A stretch of 64,000 bases of DNA from Trichosphaerium sp. ATCC 40318 (lineage: Eukaryota > Protista > Tubulinea). The first letter of the stretch is position 1. Every line of letters starts with the position of its first letter. Of this stretch, positions 1-16,049 are shown one piece after another. The notes below the pieces were generated by a model. The model did not search any database. It was not told the DNA's origin and saw only the letters and a list, made by a program, of their open reading frames with translations. Position numbers and translations under genes: made by a program. Location of the stretch: positions 248,001 to 312,000 of the forward strand of contig JALMLS010000378.1 in assembly GCA_038496445.1 (NCBI GenBank). The letters are read 5' to 3'.

Positions 1-2800
<2,800 letters not shown>

Positions 2801-3499
2801 TGTGAACTAAAGGGTCGTACTATATGCTGAAAATGAGCCACTTTGACCAATTAATACTAAAATCAAGTCGTTTTTGTATTGAAACGGTAGTTTTATGGCT
2901 TTTTAGCAGTAATACAGAGAAAGCAAAACCAATGTTGTCTTCTTCAGACTTCCAAGGTGGGATGAAGTTAACCTGATGTAAAAAAAATAGAAAAAAATAA
3001 GAACAAGATGACATTTATCTCAGGCGCTAGCCATTTTGTACCTACGAATCAGTTGGCTACGATTACTATAATTTGCATCGTTACTACTATTATATATTAC
3101 AAGAACTTGTTACCGCCTTTGATCAGTGTAAGTTCGTGGTTGCGTTTAGAAGCACTTTATTTTCGTAGTGATGCCGAATGCATAAGAAGTCAAAATAAAA
3201 CAGGACGCGTTGAAATTACACACCACTGATTAGGGAATCAGCCTTGAATGGTTCACATCTAAGCTTTTGTAGTTGTTTCTTTACATTTTCCAAATGTACT
3301 TAGAACAGCCAAAGTTAGGTTTTAGAAAGTATTCACAATAAACGCGTTTTTTATTACTTAAATGGTGTAAAAGTGTCTCTGTCTAACTTCTTGTATTCTT
3401 TTGCTTGCCAGTGTAAAGGTTGGCTGGTAGGGGCTTCAGCATATTTATATTTGCTTGAAGTTTCTTTTGTCCTGCATGAAAGTTTTAGAAAAATAAGAT

Positions 3500-4120
3500 A
3501 CGTACTGATTTGAGATTAGTACAATTCTCTTCAATTATATCTAATGTCACCACAGTGATGGCTGTCTTTCTTAAACTCAAATGCAAGAGAGAAGGAAATG
3601 GAAAGGTATCAAAAGGCCCTTTGAATGATTCATCATCAAGAACACTACTATACAAACGTTTTGAAAGGACATGCTCACCTGACTCCAAAAATGTTGGGAA
3701 ACAAGAAAAAATCATTCTTACAAAGCTATTGCACCAAGCTAGGCCTAAAAAAGCAAGGTAACATTAGTACACTCATTGACAGATTGACAAATGCTACAAA
3801 TCCTGAGTGTTTAGACAATATTCAGACCCAACTGGAAAACTTTTTGGGTACTCCACGGGATGACAAACCTATTCTTCACAAGTTCTATCATGATAATTTT
3901 GCGGCTGTTGATAAGGCTAATCAATTGAGTTGGTCAAACACCACGCCCGGCCGGATTCAAAGCGATGAGTGCTGTATGACTTTGGGTTTACTAAAACTGA
4001 CTTTAGCAGTACACATACAATTTGTGATTCCATCCTTGAGGATGATGTGTTGGACTTTTCCGCTTTACACTACCTAATAGCAACAGAATTGTTTACAGGA
4101 GAGCTTTTTGAGCTCAATTA
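3500..4120 (+). mobile_element. Degenerate DDE (piggyBac-like) transposase remnant with SAP-like motif
   Basis: KPILHKFYHDNFAAVDKANQL resembles the piggyBac third-Asp motif (KP..I..YN..MGGVD..DQ); LQSYCTKLGLKKQGNISTLIDRL is SAP-like; intronless and frameshifted; no TIRs found. Confidence 0.45.
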
Positions 4121-4380
4121 AATATATTGTAAGTTCACGTTGTGTGAAATAAAATTTTACTGGTCCTAATTTTTTCAGTTACTAGTCTAATGAGATAAAT
4201 TCGTTTGTTGTTTGTAATTAAAAAATAAGAGATTGTTCACAAAACACAAAGAGCTTTTTTTACAACAACGTAGTTCTTTCTTTCTTTCTACGCGGACATG
4301 GAACTGTGTACTCGCTACCACCAATATAGTAACACGTGTTTCCAAATATTTTTTTGGTTTACTTGCTTCATTATATTTTA

Positions 4381-7300
4381 TTACTCCACAGGTGGCCACA
4401 TATTTGATAGTATTGAATGGTATTCTTTGTTTATCCACAATGCTAAAGCACCAAGTAAAAATTTCGGATTTTCCTCCCTGTAAGACAGTAAGCCAAAATT
4501 TTGACGAAATGAAACTGTTAACTGTACCATTGTTCAAGTAACTTAGCTTTTGAGTCAATTTTATGCTTTACAAGCGTTTGTACAAGTGCTGTTGTCTTTC
4601 TAGACGCCCAATCTTGCGTCACAATTATCGGTTGAGTTGTATAGTAACCCTAAAAGATCAGTAAGCATGATTGGAAAAATAACCAGGTTGACATTTAGCC
4701 AGAAATAGTTCGTACAGTGAGTGTCTTCATCTTTGGTACAATAGAACCATTAAGAAGAAAGTAGGCAAACCATTTATACTTTTCAACGTTCTGGGAAAGG
4801 TACTTGCTATTAAAGACGAAGCGTGAGTGGAGATAAGATGTGGCATGCGAGAAAAGTTGTAGGTAAAAAAACTGTACCTGCAAAGGTAGTTCCCATGATT
4901 TAGGTCCAAATGTTGGTCGAACAAAGCACGTCAACATATCATCAACAGCGACATACTTTGGAGGTGGATCAAATAGTACTTTATCAAAACGGACCATAGG
5001 TTTACCAAACTCTACAAGCCAATTCGATTGAGCAATGGATACACCTAAACGTTTAGTTAGAAATCTGACCTAAAATCAAGGTTTTCTCTACCTTTGATGT
5101 ATCCACGTGATGTAAAAAAGAACTCTTGGAAACAGACAAAGTCAGGCCATTCACCATAAAGGTAAGATGAAGGATGTACATCACATCTTTCTCCTGTAAG
5201 CGTCATATATTGCATCTTCCCAGTTTCAGGTTCACCTTTTTTCTATTAGCAATTGGCTCATAAGGTGAGATGTTATTACCTTCTTCTTGTTTAACAGGTA
5301 CTTTCATGGCGATTCTATCAATAAAACCAGCACATAGAACCTGTCGTAATAATATTCTCTTGATACGGAATCGTTAGAGGGTAAACAGAAGCAACCATTG
5401 AAGAATGGAAAAGGATCAAATGCAGTTACCTGTTTTTTACTTGGTGGTTCCATGTAAGCATCAAACTCTATATCATCGTCATCCCAGTATTTTCGCAATA
5501 TTGTAGTAAGCTGACGTCGAAGCAAGTTTATCTCACGCATATTTTTAATGTGCAAAGCGTGTTTTGTACAAAAGGACTCGCTCTTTCCAGCAAACTCATA
5601 AGCGCCTTTTGATAAAAAAAGGTTAGATAAATCTATTAAATATCGCTTGTGTACCAATAGCATTCAACCAACTGAGTTGGTCTGAAGTTTTATTACACCA
5701 TCGGCCATGCGTACGACGCATTTCTTCTCGTCGTAGCTTTTGTTGTTCTAAAATTCGGTTACTTCAAAGAACAGTTATTTCCAATTGAATGCTTGCCTTT
5801 CTTTTTTCGTTTTTCTTCCATGAGTAACTCTGTTGGTGTAAAGTTTCTTGCACCTCTACGACCTTTTTCTTCCCATTCTTTCAAGAAATCGTCTTTTTCT
5901 AGACTCTCAAGCTCACGGAAAGATGTACGATACAATGGATCACCAACAGAAAGTGCAGCAACAATTGCAATTGCAAAATGAAGACATCCACCTTGCTTAG
6001 CCAAAAGAAGCCTTATTAATAAATCAGTACTCTCTTAAACACCACCTTATAACCACAATACAAAACGCACATTTTACCATATCGAGGCATAACTGGAAAG
6101 TTGACCAGTCGACTTCCTAGGCTTGTGACTTTGTTTGGTTTTTCTTGTTCTATTGCGCCAATGTTCACTAGTGTCTAACAGATTGTTAGCGTTTCAGCAA
6201 TCAATGACAACATGTTAGCTGAACAACATAAAAACTAAAGCGTACAGAAGTTGCTGCTTTCAACGAATCTTCGTCTGGCGGTGTTGGAAGCGGGAATGAC
6301 TGAAGCTTTGAAATACCCATATTCTTTAATTGAAGTACTACGTCTTCAATTGGTGTTTCTAATATTTCTGGTGCGTCAAATTGGCTCATATGATTAGCAA
6401 GTACTGCAGTAGAGAAAACCCTATAACAGTGACCTGGTCCATTACGACCTGCACGACCAGCTCTCTACAGAATATGTCAGAAAACTCGTTGTTCAACGAC
6501 AAAATCTCATGACTTCTGTGGGTTATTAAACTCAGTTGTATTATACCTGATCAGCAGACGCTCTTGAACACCAAACAATATCATAATAAGACATGCCACT
6601 AGCCTTTTCATATCGTTTCTAGCAAATAAGATAAGTAAAAACAAATAACTAACTAGAAGACTTTGAAAGGCTAGCTTACTTTCTTGACTTTTCCAGAATC
6701 TATTACGTATCGAATTCCAGGTATAGTAATCGAAGTCTCTGCAATATTTGTTGCTACAATAACAAGACGCGAACCTTCTCTTGGCTACACATAAATAAGC
6801 TATCATGTAACACAGCGTAAATAGCAATGAAAAAGTCGCACCTTTTCAAAAACTTTCATTTGTTCACTTGGAGGTAAGTCACTGTACAGAGGTAAGACCA
6901 ATAAGTCCAAATCCACCATTTGTTGGTCTGCTGAAGGTGTTTGATCTTCAGTCATTGGTTGTAGTGGTCCAATGAGAGTTTCTGGTGAAGGTTTCTACAA
7001 AAAAAGTAAACAGAAAACAATGAGTGCAAAGAACTTACAACTCGCTCATCTCTGAATTGTTTTGGTCGCTTTGTTCCGTCTCTTTAAGTCAGAAATATAA
7101 GTACAAGAAGGTGACGTTCACATGGTAAGAGTAACGTACTCTCCAAATCTTCTCTTAATCTTTGAGCAAAGTTTCTTTACTTCTTCTTGACCTGTGACAA
7201 AAACAAGAACATCGCCAGGTGGGAGTCTATAGTGAACTTTGATAAGCTTTTTATAACAAGCCTCAATGTAATCTGGATCTGTTTTTTTGTTGTAGTGGGT

Positions 7301-9693
7301 TGTAACATCGAACTGACGTGTAGCTATCGAACCATTAGATTAATCTTTTTTTTTTTTAATTCAATTTTGTACCAATCTTAATGACAGGGGGTGGCTTTGG
7401 AAACATTTTACTGTTCTCTGTAAAATCAGAAACACGAAGTGTTGCACTCATGATTATAAGCTTTAATGGAGATGCAACGACTTCATCAGGACCAAGAAGC
7501 CCTTCCTTCTAAGCAGGTATAAGCTTCGTAAAAATCTTTTCCAAAAAACAACATACAGATTCCTGGTATCGTTTCGCTCTTAGAGGAACAATCCGCGAGA
7601 GCAGTCCAAGAAGAACATCAGTACCTATGGTCCTAAAGACGATAGCGTAAGTATGGTATATTCAAATGCCAGTATACCTCTCATGCGCCTCATCAATAAT
7701 AAGACAACTGTATTGAGATAGTAGAAAATCGCTTTGAAGCTCTCGTAAAAGAATCCCATCAGTCATAAACTTCATTTGTGTATTTGGTCCAACACGTGAA
7801 TCGTATCGGATTTGATGCGCTACTACGCTTTCTGAAACATTTAATTCTTCTCTTAGACGTCTTGCCATTGCTGTAGCAGCAACTCGTCTTGGTTCTGTGA
7901 TACCAATCTTACCAGGAAAGTGACTAGCAGTCAAACGTTAAAATAAGGCTTATCTAACTAGTTTCTTTGCGACTTGAATCTGTACCTTCCTTTGTGACTG
8001 AAACCTGCTTCGTATAGAAACTGTGGAACCTGTGTTGTTTTACCTATGTTAAAGTTAGAGAAAAAGGTTCATCAAAAGAACAGTTAAGTAACATACCTGA
8101 ACCTGTTTCACCACAAATAACAATTACATTATTTTCATATATTTTCTCCATTATATTGTGTTCTTCAGCAATAATAGGCAGTTGTCTACGACGCTCATCA
8201 ATGTCAGGAATTCTGTGAACATCAACATGAAACGCCTAAAGGCACGTGGTTAACGTAAATGTAACAATCTCCAGCAACACCAAAACGAATTTTCTTTCGT
8301 ATTCATTTTGGTCGATGTTCTCGTACGTACTTTGTACAGGGTATTAAAATTGCGTTTTGGGTTTGTTGACTGCTTAACTGTTGGTGCTTTTTTGACTTTC
8401 TTTTTTGAGTCTACTTTACTCTTTGTTGCCAAATCAGCGTCCTTTTGATTGGTGCTATCATTGTTTAATTTCATTGGTTCTTCTGAAATATCCATTGGAT
8501 CATGCTCCTTTATTGGTTCTTTTGATTGTTTAGCTTTAGCTAAAGCAGCTCTAGCGTCTTCTTCATCGTCTTCACTATCCTCATCCATGTCATCTTCCTC
8601 ACTCTCACTTGAAGATTCATCGTATGTCAAAAAACTCTTTTTAATTTGTCGTAATTTTGGCTCTTTTACTATCTTACGCTTCTTTTGAGGCTACATAATT
8701 AATAAATACTACAAAAACAATCGAACATATTCCATGCAGTGCGTCAAGTAACAAAAGATTTCAAAAAAAACCAAAATGTCATGTTCAACCATCACGTGGT
8801 ATTGTCTACTGACGTTTGAACCAGAAATTTTGATCACGTACAGTAGGTTCAATTTCGGGTAAGCTATAAGATGTAGCCATTCTAGCGAAATCTTGGAAAT
8901 CTGTGATGTCATTTTTTACTTCTACTTCTTGAAACACCTCAACGTCATCATATGTATTAGGAACGCCTGCTTTCATTTCTCTAAATGTTCTCTTCAATCT
9001 TTGTTTCTTTGTTTCTTTCTGTACGGCCATCAATAAGTCATAGCAGTAGACGACAAAGAGCACAAAAAATGCAAACGAAAAAACAATGACATTTGACGCT
9101 TTCGAATGTGTCTTTAATCAACGTTAATGTAAATAACATACCCTTCCTATCAAATTACTGCTAAGCAATAAAGGTTGTATAGTTTGGACTGCATCTCGAT
9201 GTTTTCTGGAGAAGTCAAGGATTATTGGGTACAGAAAAAATTAAAAATGGGCGTATGGCGTTTAAGGATACGCAAGCTCTGCGAATAGACCTTTTCTAGC
9301 TTTTTCTTTTTTTCTTTTAGCCTATGTGATCGTTAAAAATCCGAATTATGCTTGTGTTTATATATTCTTGGCGTATGGGGTAGGTTTTAACGTACTTTTA
9401 AAGTTGTAACTCGTCGTTTTTCTTCTTTTCTTATTTTTCTGTGACGCATTTCTTCCATAGCTAGAGCATCTTTGTGGTATCTCGACTGCTTCAGTATTGG
9501 TTGTGAAGGCTAAACATGTGTTTTTACAGTAATTCGTTACTTTTTGACGTACGCCTGTTTTTTTCTTCCTTGGCGCAGCAAGTACTATGTCAGTGTCGCT
9601 GAAAAAGGTCAGATTACAAAAATTATAGCATACATACGCGTAAGCGCTGCTGTCAACCACATTTGCGTCTAAAACGCTTGGTAGGTACGCCAT
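4381..9693 (-). CDS. DHX37: DEAH-box RNA helicase DHX37/Dhr1
   Basis: [39 protein letters not shown], QRAGRAGRxGPGHCYR; C-terminal WPP motif then TAA at 4381-4383. Confidence 0.9.
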
Positions 9694-9906
9694 GGGTGGT
9701 TATTGGTCGTTTCCGTAGGTGAGGAAATTTACTTTAATTTTCAACACTCGCAGGTAGTTGTATGCGCGTCTTTGCTGCCGTTGCTATAATAAATTCGCGA
9801 ATCAAACGAAATTGAGGCAATAAACTTAACGTTTCCTGAAAGTCAAAATCAAAGCAACTTAAGTACTCCAGCGTTCATGTCGTTGTATACGTAGTATAAC
9901 GTTGGT

Positions 9907-12302
9907 ATGACCGACACAACCGATACGCCCGATATTCCAACAGATAATGTTAAAAGGAACGATTTGGCAACGTCACTAGATTCAGAGGGCTATGAATGGG
10001 TCCTGAGTGATGCCAATGAAAAGGCGTCAAGCTATCTTATGTATTGCACGCCAATGTTGCGTCAACAGCCCACCAGTACGATGCCCGAGCTAACGAACGT
10101 CGAATTTGCTGCTGGCATAAATAAATTGCTGTCAGAGATCCAACATAGCTCTACAGTTGAGTTTAGTGATCTTACGATCGACCACAAGTTAGGAAATGGT
10201 ACGTTTTAATCTTGTAAACGAAAACGCGCTCAGAAAGTCTAACTACGCTTCAGGAGTATTTGGCGAAGTCTGGAAAGCAAAAATATGGCGTTTAGACGTT
10301 GCAGTTAAGGTAATGTAACTACATAATTTTTAACGGCCGTAACACTAAGTAGATGCTCACTGCTAAGGTATCACCTACAAATACTGCTGATTTCCAGAAA
10401 GAAATAGCAATCTTGAAGTGAGTGAAAAGCAAGTTTTTTATTTTTGTTGAATAACACACTTTTCAGGACATTACGGCATCCAAATTGTGTTTTATTATTA
10501 GGTTATTGTGGGCCACCAACTCTTTCTATTGTAACAGAACTAATGGATATGGGTACAACCACGTGACTGATATTACACACTAGAAATTGACATTGAAAAA
10601 AAAACAGGTGATTTGCGCACGATTTTGGACTCTAATGCTAGAATGATGGGTGCTCATATCCTGCATATTGTAACATCTGTAGCACAAGGTACGAACCAAT
10701 CATCTTTTAGAAACTGAATGTTTTTTTAAGGCATGAATTATCTACACAAACATCAACCTCTTGTTTTGCATCGTGACTTAAAGAGTTCTAACATTTTGGT
10801 ACTTTAATTGCTCCTATATGTTTACTACTACAATAAATTTTATTTCTAATGTATGTTTGTAGCTTGCAAATGACTATAAAATAGTTAAGGCAAGATGATC
10901 AAAACTATTTGTTTATCCGTCTTATGTTTTAAAAGGTGGCTGATTTTGGTATCAGCACGCTTAAAACAAGCAATGGGCAAGATCCCTCAACACCCTTTAA
11001 TTGCACTGTACCATGGAGAGCTCCAGAAGTACGTACTCTTCCACAATTACCAGCGTCTGATGTATACAGTTACGGTATGTCTTCATCTATTTTTGTCATT
11101 TCGTATTCTAAAGTTTCCAATGTAGGTATTGTACTGTGGGAATTGATGACTAGGAAGTATCCTTGGAAGGATGTTCGTATTATAGACATTTTAAGAAGGG
11201 TAGGAAGTACGTTCAGTTTGACCTTTTTATAGTATAAAATACACTCTAATATTTTTTTAATTAAATACTTTGTTAAGATGGAGAGCGACCTCCTTTGCCT
11301 TCAAGTTATCCAGTTATATATACGGACCTGGTAAAGAAGTGTTGGAGCCAAGATCCAAATGATAGACCAACATTTGAACAAGTCATTGAAATACTCGACC
11401 CTCTAAAGAAATCCGACCCGGTACGACTTTTTTTTATTCCACTTTTTTACTTTCGTCTTATGCTTATTAGATGATGCTCATTTTGTCCTTACCAAGAAAC
11501 GTGAACCATGAGTATCCGTCATACTTTTCACGTATATGGGAAATGGTATTTTTAGACGAAAAAGCAGAGGCAGAAGGTCTTGGTACTGCCAAAAATCTTG
11601 TTTTCGCAACATGTGTTTTTTCTAACACCAAAAAAAAAAATAGAGTATTTGAACAATTATGTAATGCCAGAGATCTGTAAGTATTCAGATGGGTTTTATT
11701 TTGCTACTGATGATTTTGGAAAGATGTTTACTATTGTGTGCTATAATAATGATGAGAATGTAGCCCGTGTTGATAGAGTACGACCTGACTTTTAAATTGT
11801 TATTCCTGATTTCTTTTCAACAGGTTATTTCCGAAAGACCTCGGTTCTGGAATACCTTACTACGTGTTGCAACTGTTCATAAGCATTATGCACTTGAAAG
11901 CGTTCAACTTGGTGTTAGACCTGGAGCTCAGTATGCTGTTGTATCACGTGTTCTCCTAAAACCTGGTACTCAACCAAAAGCTGCAGCGCTGTTTAGAGGT
12001 TAGTTTTTTATAATACCTTCAAACAATTTACAAACTTTTTAGCACTGGTAGTTCCTTCTATGAGTAAAAAGATACCACAATGGCGTGGAACTGTTATTAG
12101 TACTAGTTTCCATAGAGGACAGGTTATAATGTTCTTTCTACTGACAGGAAAAGATGGTATTGAACAGATTAAAAAAACGAGAATAATGCAAAAAACAATT
12201 GGTCAATTCAATACATTCCTTGATGCTGTACCAACTATAGAAGTTTATAAATTACATAGATACCAGCCAGCAAAAGAATTTAACCCAAATACCACCAAGT
12301 AA
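9907..12302 (+). CDS. TKL-group protein kinase with C-terminal tandem dimeric alpha+beta barrel (ABM-like) region
   Basis: Spliced GNGVFGEV, VAVK, HRDLKSSN, DFG, WRAPE, DVYSYGIVLWE; C-terminal exons 11471-12302 have an ABM-like pattern. Confidence 0.85.
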
Positions 12303-12762
12303 TAATTGTAAGAATAGAACATGTACACTAAAAAAGCCGTCGTTGCGTTCGCCAACAATACTGATAACAAAAAAAAAGTTTGATGTTCGGTTTGCCTGAA
12401 AGGTAAACACGTAGGTTTTCAATTCTCTTTTGCTGCACTGTAACTTAACGTTGTAAATTTTTTGTAAGTACGAAAATAATAACTGAATGCTCATCAGCTA
12501 AAATCAATGGTACAAATCAGCAAATTTATTGAACAGCTCGATACTAAGGAGGATTAGTTGACTTAATAACAATTGTTTCAAGGACCAAACTTGAAGAGCG
12601 CTAAACTCCTGTTACAACAAATAAGTACGTGGTAAGCCGATTGTAGATGAAGACCAGAAAACAAGTTGTGTGCACGAGAATTTGGTTGGACTATTTATTG
12701 TTCCGCTCTGTCCATTTATAACACGTGATGCTCTCCGAAACAATTTTCCTTCTATTCTCAGT

Positions 12763-13200
12763 ATACGCTTCATGCAATATAATAATACATAGTGGGATAC
12801 TACTGACAAAGGTAAGGACACTTTGTTTTGATATTAACTTTTTTTTTTACTACACGTGACTAACACGTGTAATAAGATTTTGAGACGGTTGACGCTAAAT
12901 TCAATTCTTATTGTTATATTGCTTTTTAGCGTAATCGTTATGGCTATTCCTGCAAAGCAAAATATAGCAACAAGAAAAACAGTGTATTCTCTTGGCTTCT
13001 TTTACTGTTCTCAAATGGCACTTTCAATCCTTCAAGTAATTGTTGATCACGTCAGAGTTGAATGCTTATTTGTTCTTAGGTTTACTCTTTCCAACCTGTC
13101 GGCCCATTAAAGACTTCTACGGGCAGCAAGAATTCAAAAACATCTAGTAGTACTAGCAAGAACGATATACACATTGATAAGCAAAGTTTAGCACAAATGT
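12763..13200 (+). pseudogene. Fragment of a multi-pass membrane protein (two TM helices plus Ser-rich tail)
   Basis: Spliceable exons give ILRRLTLNSILIVILLFSVIVMAIPA...YSLGFFYCSQMALSILQ|VYSFQP...SKTSSSTSK; no clean upstream start found. Confidence 0.3.
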
Positions 13201-13451
13201 ACGTTTTGGTTTTTTTGGTCGACGTTGTAATCTAATTGTTTCAAAGCAAAACTGTATCAAAACCGAAGCACGAAGTTTAAACAAGTCCCTTCCCTATGTA
13301 CAATAACCAAACAAATTTCATGTATTATAGGTAAATAATTAGCCACCTAATGTTAGAAAGGTGACAACTAAGTCAAGAAAAAAAAACCACCACGTGATTG
13401 TAAACTGTGTAATTGTTGCTGTGTACATTGAACAATAGACGCGTTTAGCAT

Positions 13452-13971
13452 TTAAGCACCATGAGTTTTGATGTCACGTAATGACGCAATTTTCCTCGTT
13501 TTTGTTATGTATTCAACTACAACTTGGCGTTGGTCACCTTTTTGCAGTCAGTAAAAAACCCCCAAAGAAGTAAAAACAAAGTCAGTACCTTGCAGCTGAA
13601 GTACAGGCGCTTCATCGGTTCCTTGAATACTGACAGTACAATGGCATAACTAAACGCAATCAGTAAACATAAAAATACAGCGAATACTGTCGATAAGAAC
13701 AACGTACCTTGCGAAGCTCTTTTTGTACTTTTAAAATTAACTTCTTTAAATTCACCTTGAGCTTCGTAGTTTCAAGTCCTTCAACAATAGTCCAGCCTTT
13801 CCTGGTATTGCGCTTATGGTACCTGGTACAGTTAGATTGAAAGCGAATACATTAGTCCTACCATATGTGGATGCTAATGGTGTTCTCCTGTTCAAATGCC
13901 CAGTCGTTTGGATAGTGTATTGGTATATTCTGGTTAGCTACGTCATTGTTGCTGCGTGGGTTTGGTTGCAT
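13452..13971 (-). CDS. Divergent translation initiation factor eIF1/SUI1-family protein (123 aa, 4 exons)
   Basis: Exons 13971-13862, 13822-13708, 13649-13589, 13537-13452 give ...IHIWYHKRNTRKGWTIVEGL...LCHCTVSIQGTDEAPVLQLQGDQRQVVVEYI...IKTHGA*, matching eIF1 IHIRIQQRNGRK..T.VQG, LQGDQR and terminal HG. Confidence 0.85.
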
Positions 13972-14297
13972 GTATACGTTGGCGTAATTAATAATTTGTT
14001 TATAGCACAATTCGCAACGAAGAATTGTAGCGACATTTAAAACACTGGCGTCTGTAATCACAAAAATTTCTCAATGTCAATTATTGTTTTTTTTGAAGTG
14101 TTAACAATAAAGTAAGCTTCAACAAGTAAGTGCCTGACTTTGGCGTCTTTTCACAAGATAATTTCACTGAAATAGACCGTTGACCAAGCAAGAATACGCT
14201 TCAATCTCAACTAAAAAATTTTGACATTTCCAAAATTCGAAAAAACGCTTCCACAAGCCAAAATAAAAAGTGTCAGCGGTGCCAGGGCAAGCAAAAC

Positions 14298-14369
14298 AGT
14301 CCCCGACGGGACTTGAACCCGCAATCCCCAGATCCGAAGACTGGTGCCATACCATTAGGCCACGAAGAC
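14298..14369 (-). tRNA. tRNA-Arg(UCG)
   Basis: Cloverleaf with acceptor stem GTCTTCG/CGGGGAC, anticodon loop CTTCGGA, T-arm GGTTCAAGTCC, downstream TTTT. Confidence 0.92.
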
Positions 14370-16049
14370 TTTAACGCTGTGAAGAAAGTTCGAGTGTACT
14401 GAACTGATCTGTTGTGATATTGACTATCAAAGACCAACGTTCAAAAGTCTATTTACAGCCTAACGTAATTCTGATTTCCGTATTGTTGACTAAATAAAGA
14501 ATTATCTTTACTTACCTATACTATTGCACCTTCCTCTATATTATGCATGCAAGCTAGTATTAACCTATTGATACTCAAACAACAAAACGATTTTGGACTT
14601 ATGTCACTTTGTCACGTTTTGAGTTACAAAAACGAGTATTGTTCAACCCTAGGTCGTTGTATCAGAAGCAAACTACCTATTTCATCTAAAGGCGGCTAAT
14701 ATAGTTCTTATTCGGACCAGCATTTTTTCCAAACGCTCAAAATACGCGGGTAGCGTTGTAAAATAGCATCTATGGCGTAAATCGGTACCTTGTACCATTT
14801 TAACGTATAGTTACATTAGGTGCGCCCAATAGTTACGAATATGGTCTTTGTTACGAAATAAGACGCCCACGAAGATTTATGTCCTAGCTACTAGTGTTTA
14901 CCTTTCTCGCATTTACAAAAAAATATTTCTTGTGAGTTTTCTACGCTCACTTAACCTTTGACAAAACTTACACAATCAAAGACTCTTTCAGTCTTATTTG
15001 CGAAAAGAAGAATATTTCAACAAAGCTTGTACGTTACCTCCAACTGAGAGAGTCAAAGAACAACAGAGATAACAACCAAGATACACACGAAGTAGATGAA
15101 CCGATAGAATAGACCAGAACAGCTATATATCCCCTTTTTTAAATCTGTATTGTATTCTTTTCTTTGTCAAAACTTTCATCACTCAATCTCGATTGGATGA
15201 TGAGGCCACTCCCTTGAATACTGGCCAGATCGATGCGCTCCTAACTTTAAAACAGCTACCCAAAATTATGGGTCTTAAATGTAGCCGTAGACTTAATAAA
15301 CAAAACATTCATTCATACTCTTTCAGTGTCAATCTAAAACTCGCAGCAGAAGTTATGTTTCCACCTTTTCTAAGTATCTAGTCTTACCTGAGCTACATAA
15401 TCCGTTAACGGACAAGTATATTTACTAGCTGGTAAAAATGACTAGACCTGAACTATCGGCAATAATGCGTCTTGAATTCTAGGCACAGTGGCGGTTCGGC
15501 GTTGGCACTGTCAATGAGTGTAAGCTATCTAGGAATACTAACAAGCAAGCGCGAAAGCATTGCATCCAAGAAGCGTTGGTAGGAGTTGTGATTGTTTTCT
15601 TATGGCTTGGCTTATCAACTTTATTCCACGTGCTATGTGCATCAACCACCTAACCTAGTATGACCACTAAACGTTTTAATAGCGACATTATATATTAGGT
15701 ACTATTGAAGACACGGTGTTGCACAACACTAACAACAGCAGGGGATTAAACAACAAAGAAATATGCAAAAAAAAGTCATTTGGGCCACACGTTTAGCTTA
15801 CTTTTTGTTCCATCTGGCCTCATTCATAGTATTAAGTTGTCGCTGTTGGCATTTGTATCTTGTAGCCGTCTCCTAGAATACATTGCTGTTCAAGTATTGC
15901 CAAAGCCTTGATTCAGCACCCTTGAACATTTTAAAGTGTTTTTGGATATCACAACAAATCAGTTCAGTACACTCGAACTTTCTTCACAGCGTTAAAGTCT
16001 TCGTGGCCTAATGGTATGGCACCAGTCTTCGGATCTGGGGATTGCGGGT
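14317..16049. repeat. 104-bp inverted repeat (arms 14317-14420 and 15946-16049, one mismatch) around a 1525-bp spacer
   Basis: Direct comparison of the arms; each is 51 bp of tRNA 5' flank plus the first 53 nt of the tRNA. Confidence 0.92.
15997..16049 (+). pseudogene. Truncated tRNA-Arg(UCG) copy (nt 1-53, broken in the T-arm/B-box)
   Basis: Identical to the 5' part of the 14298-14369 tRNA, then diverges at GCGGGT|ATGAG. Confidence 0.88.

Noticed and set aside
13517-13702. 61-aa hydrophobic ORF from the track
   Set aside because: It is T-rich intron sequence plus an off-frame read of the eIF1-like gene
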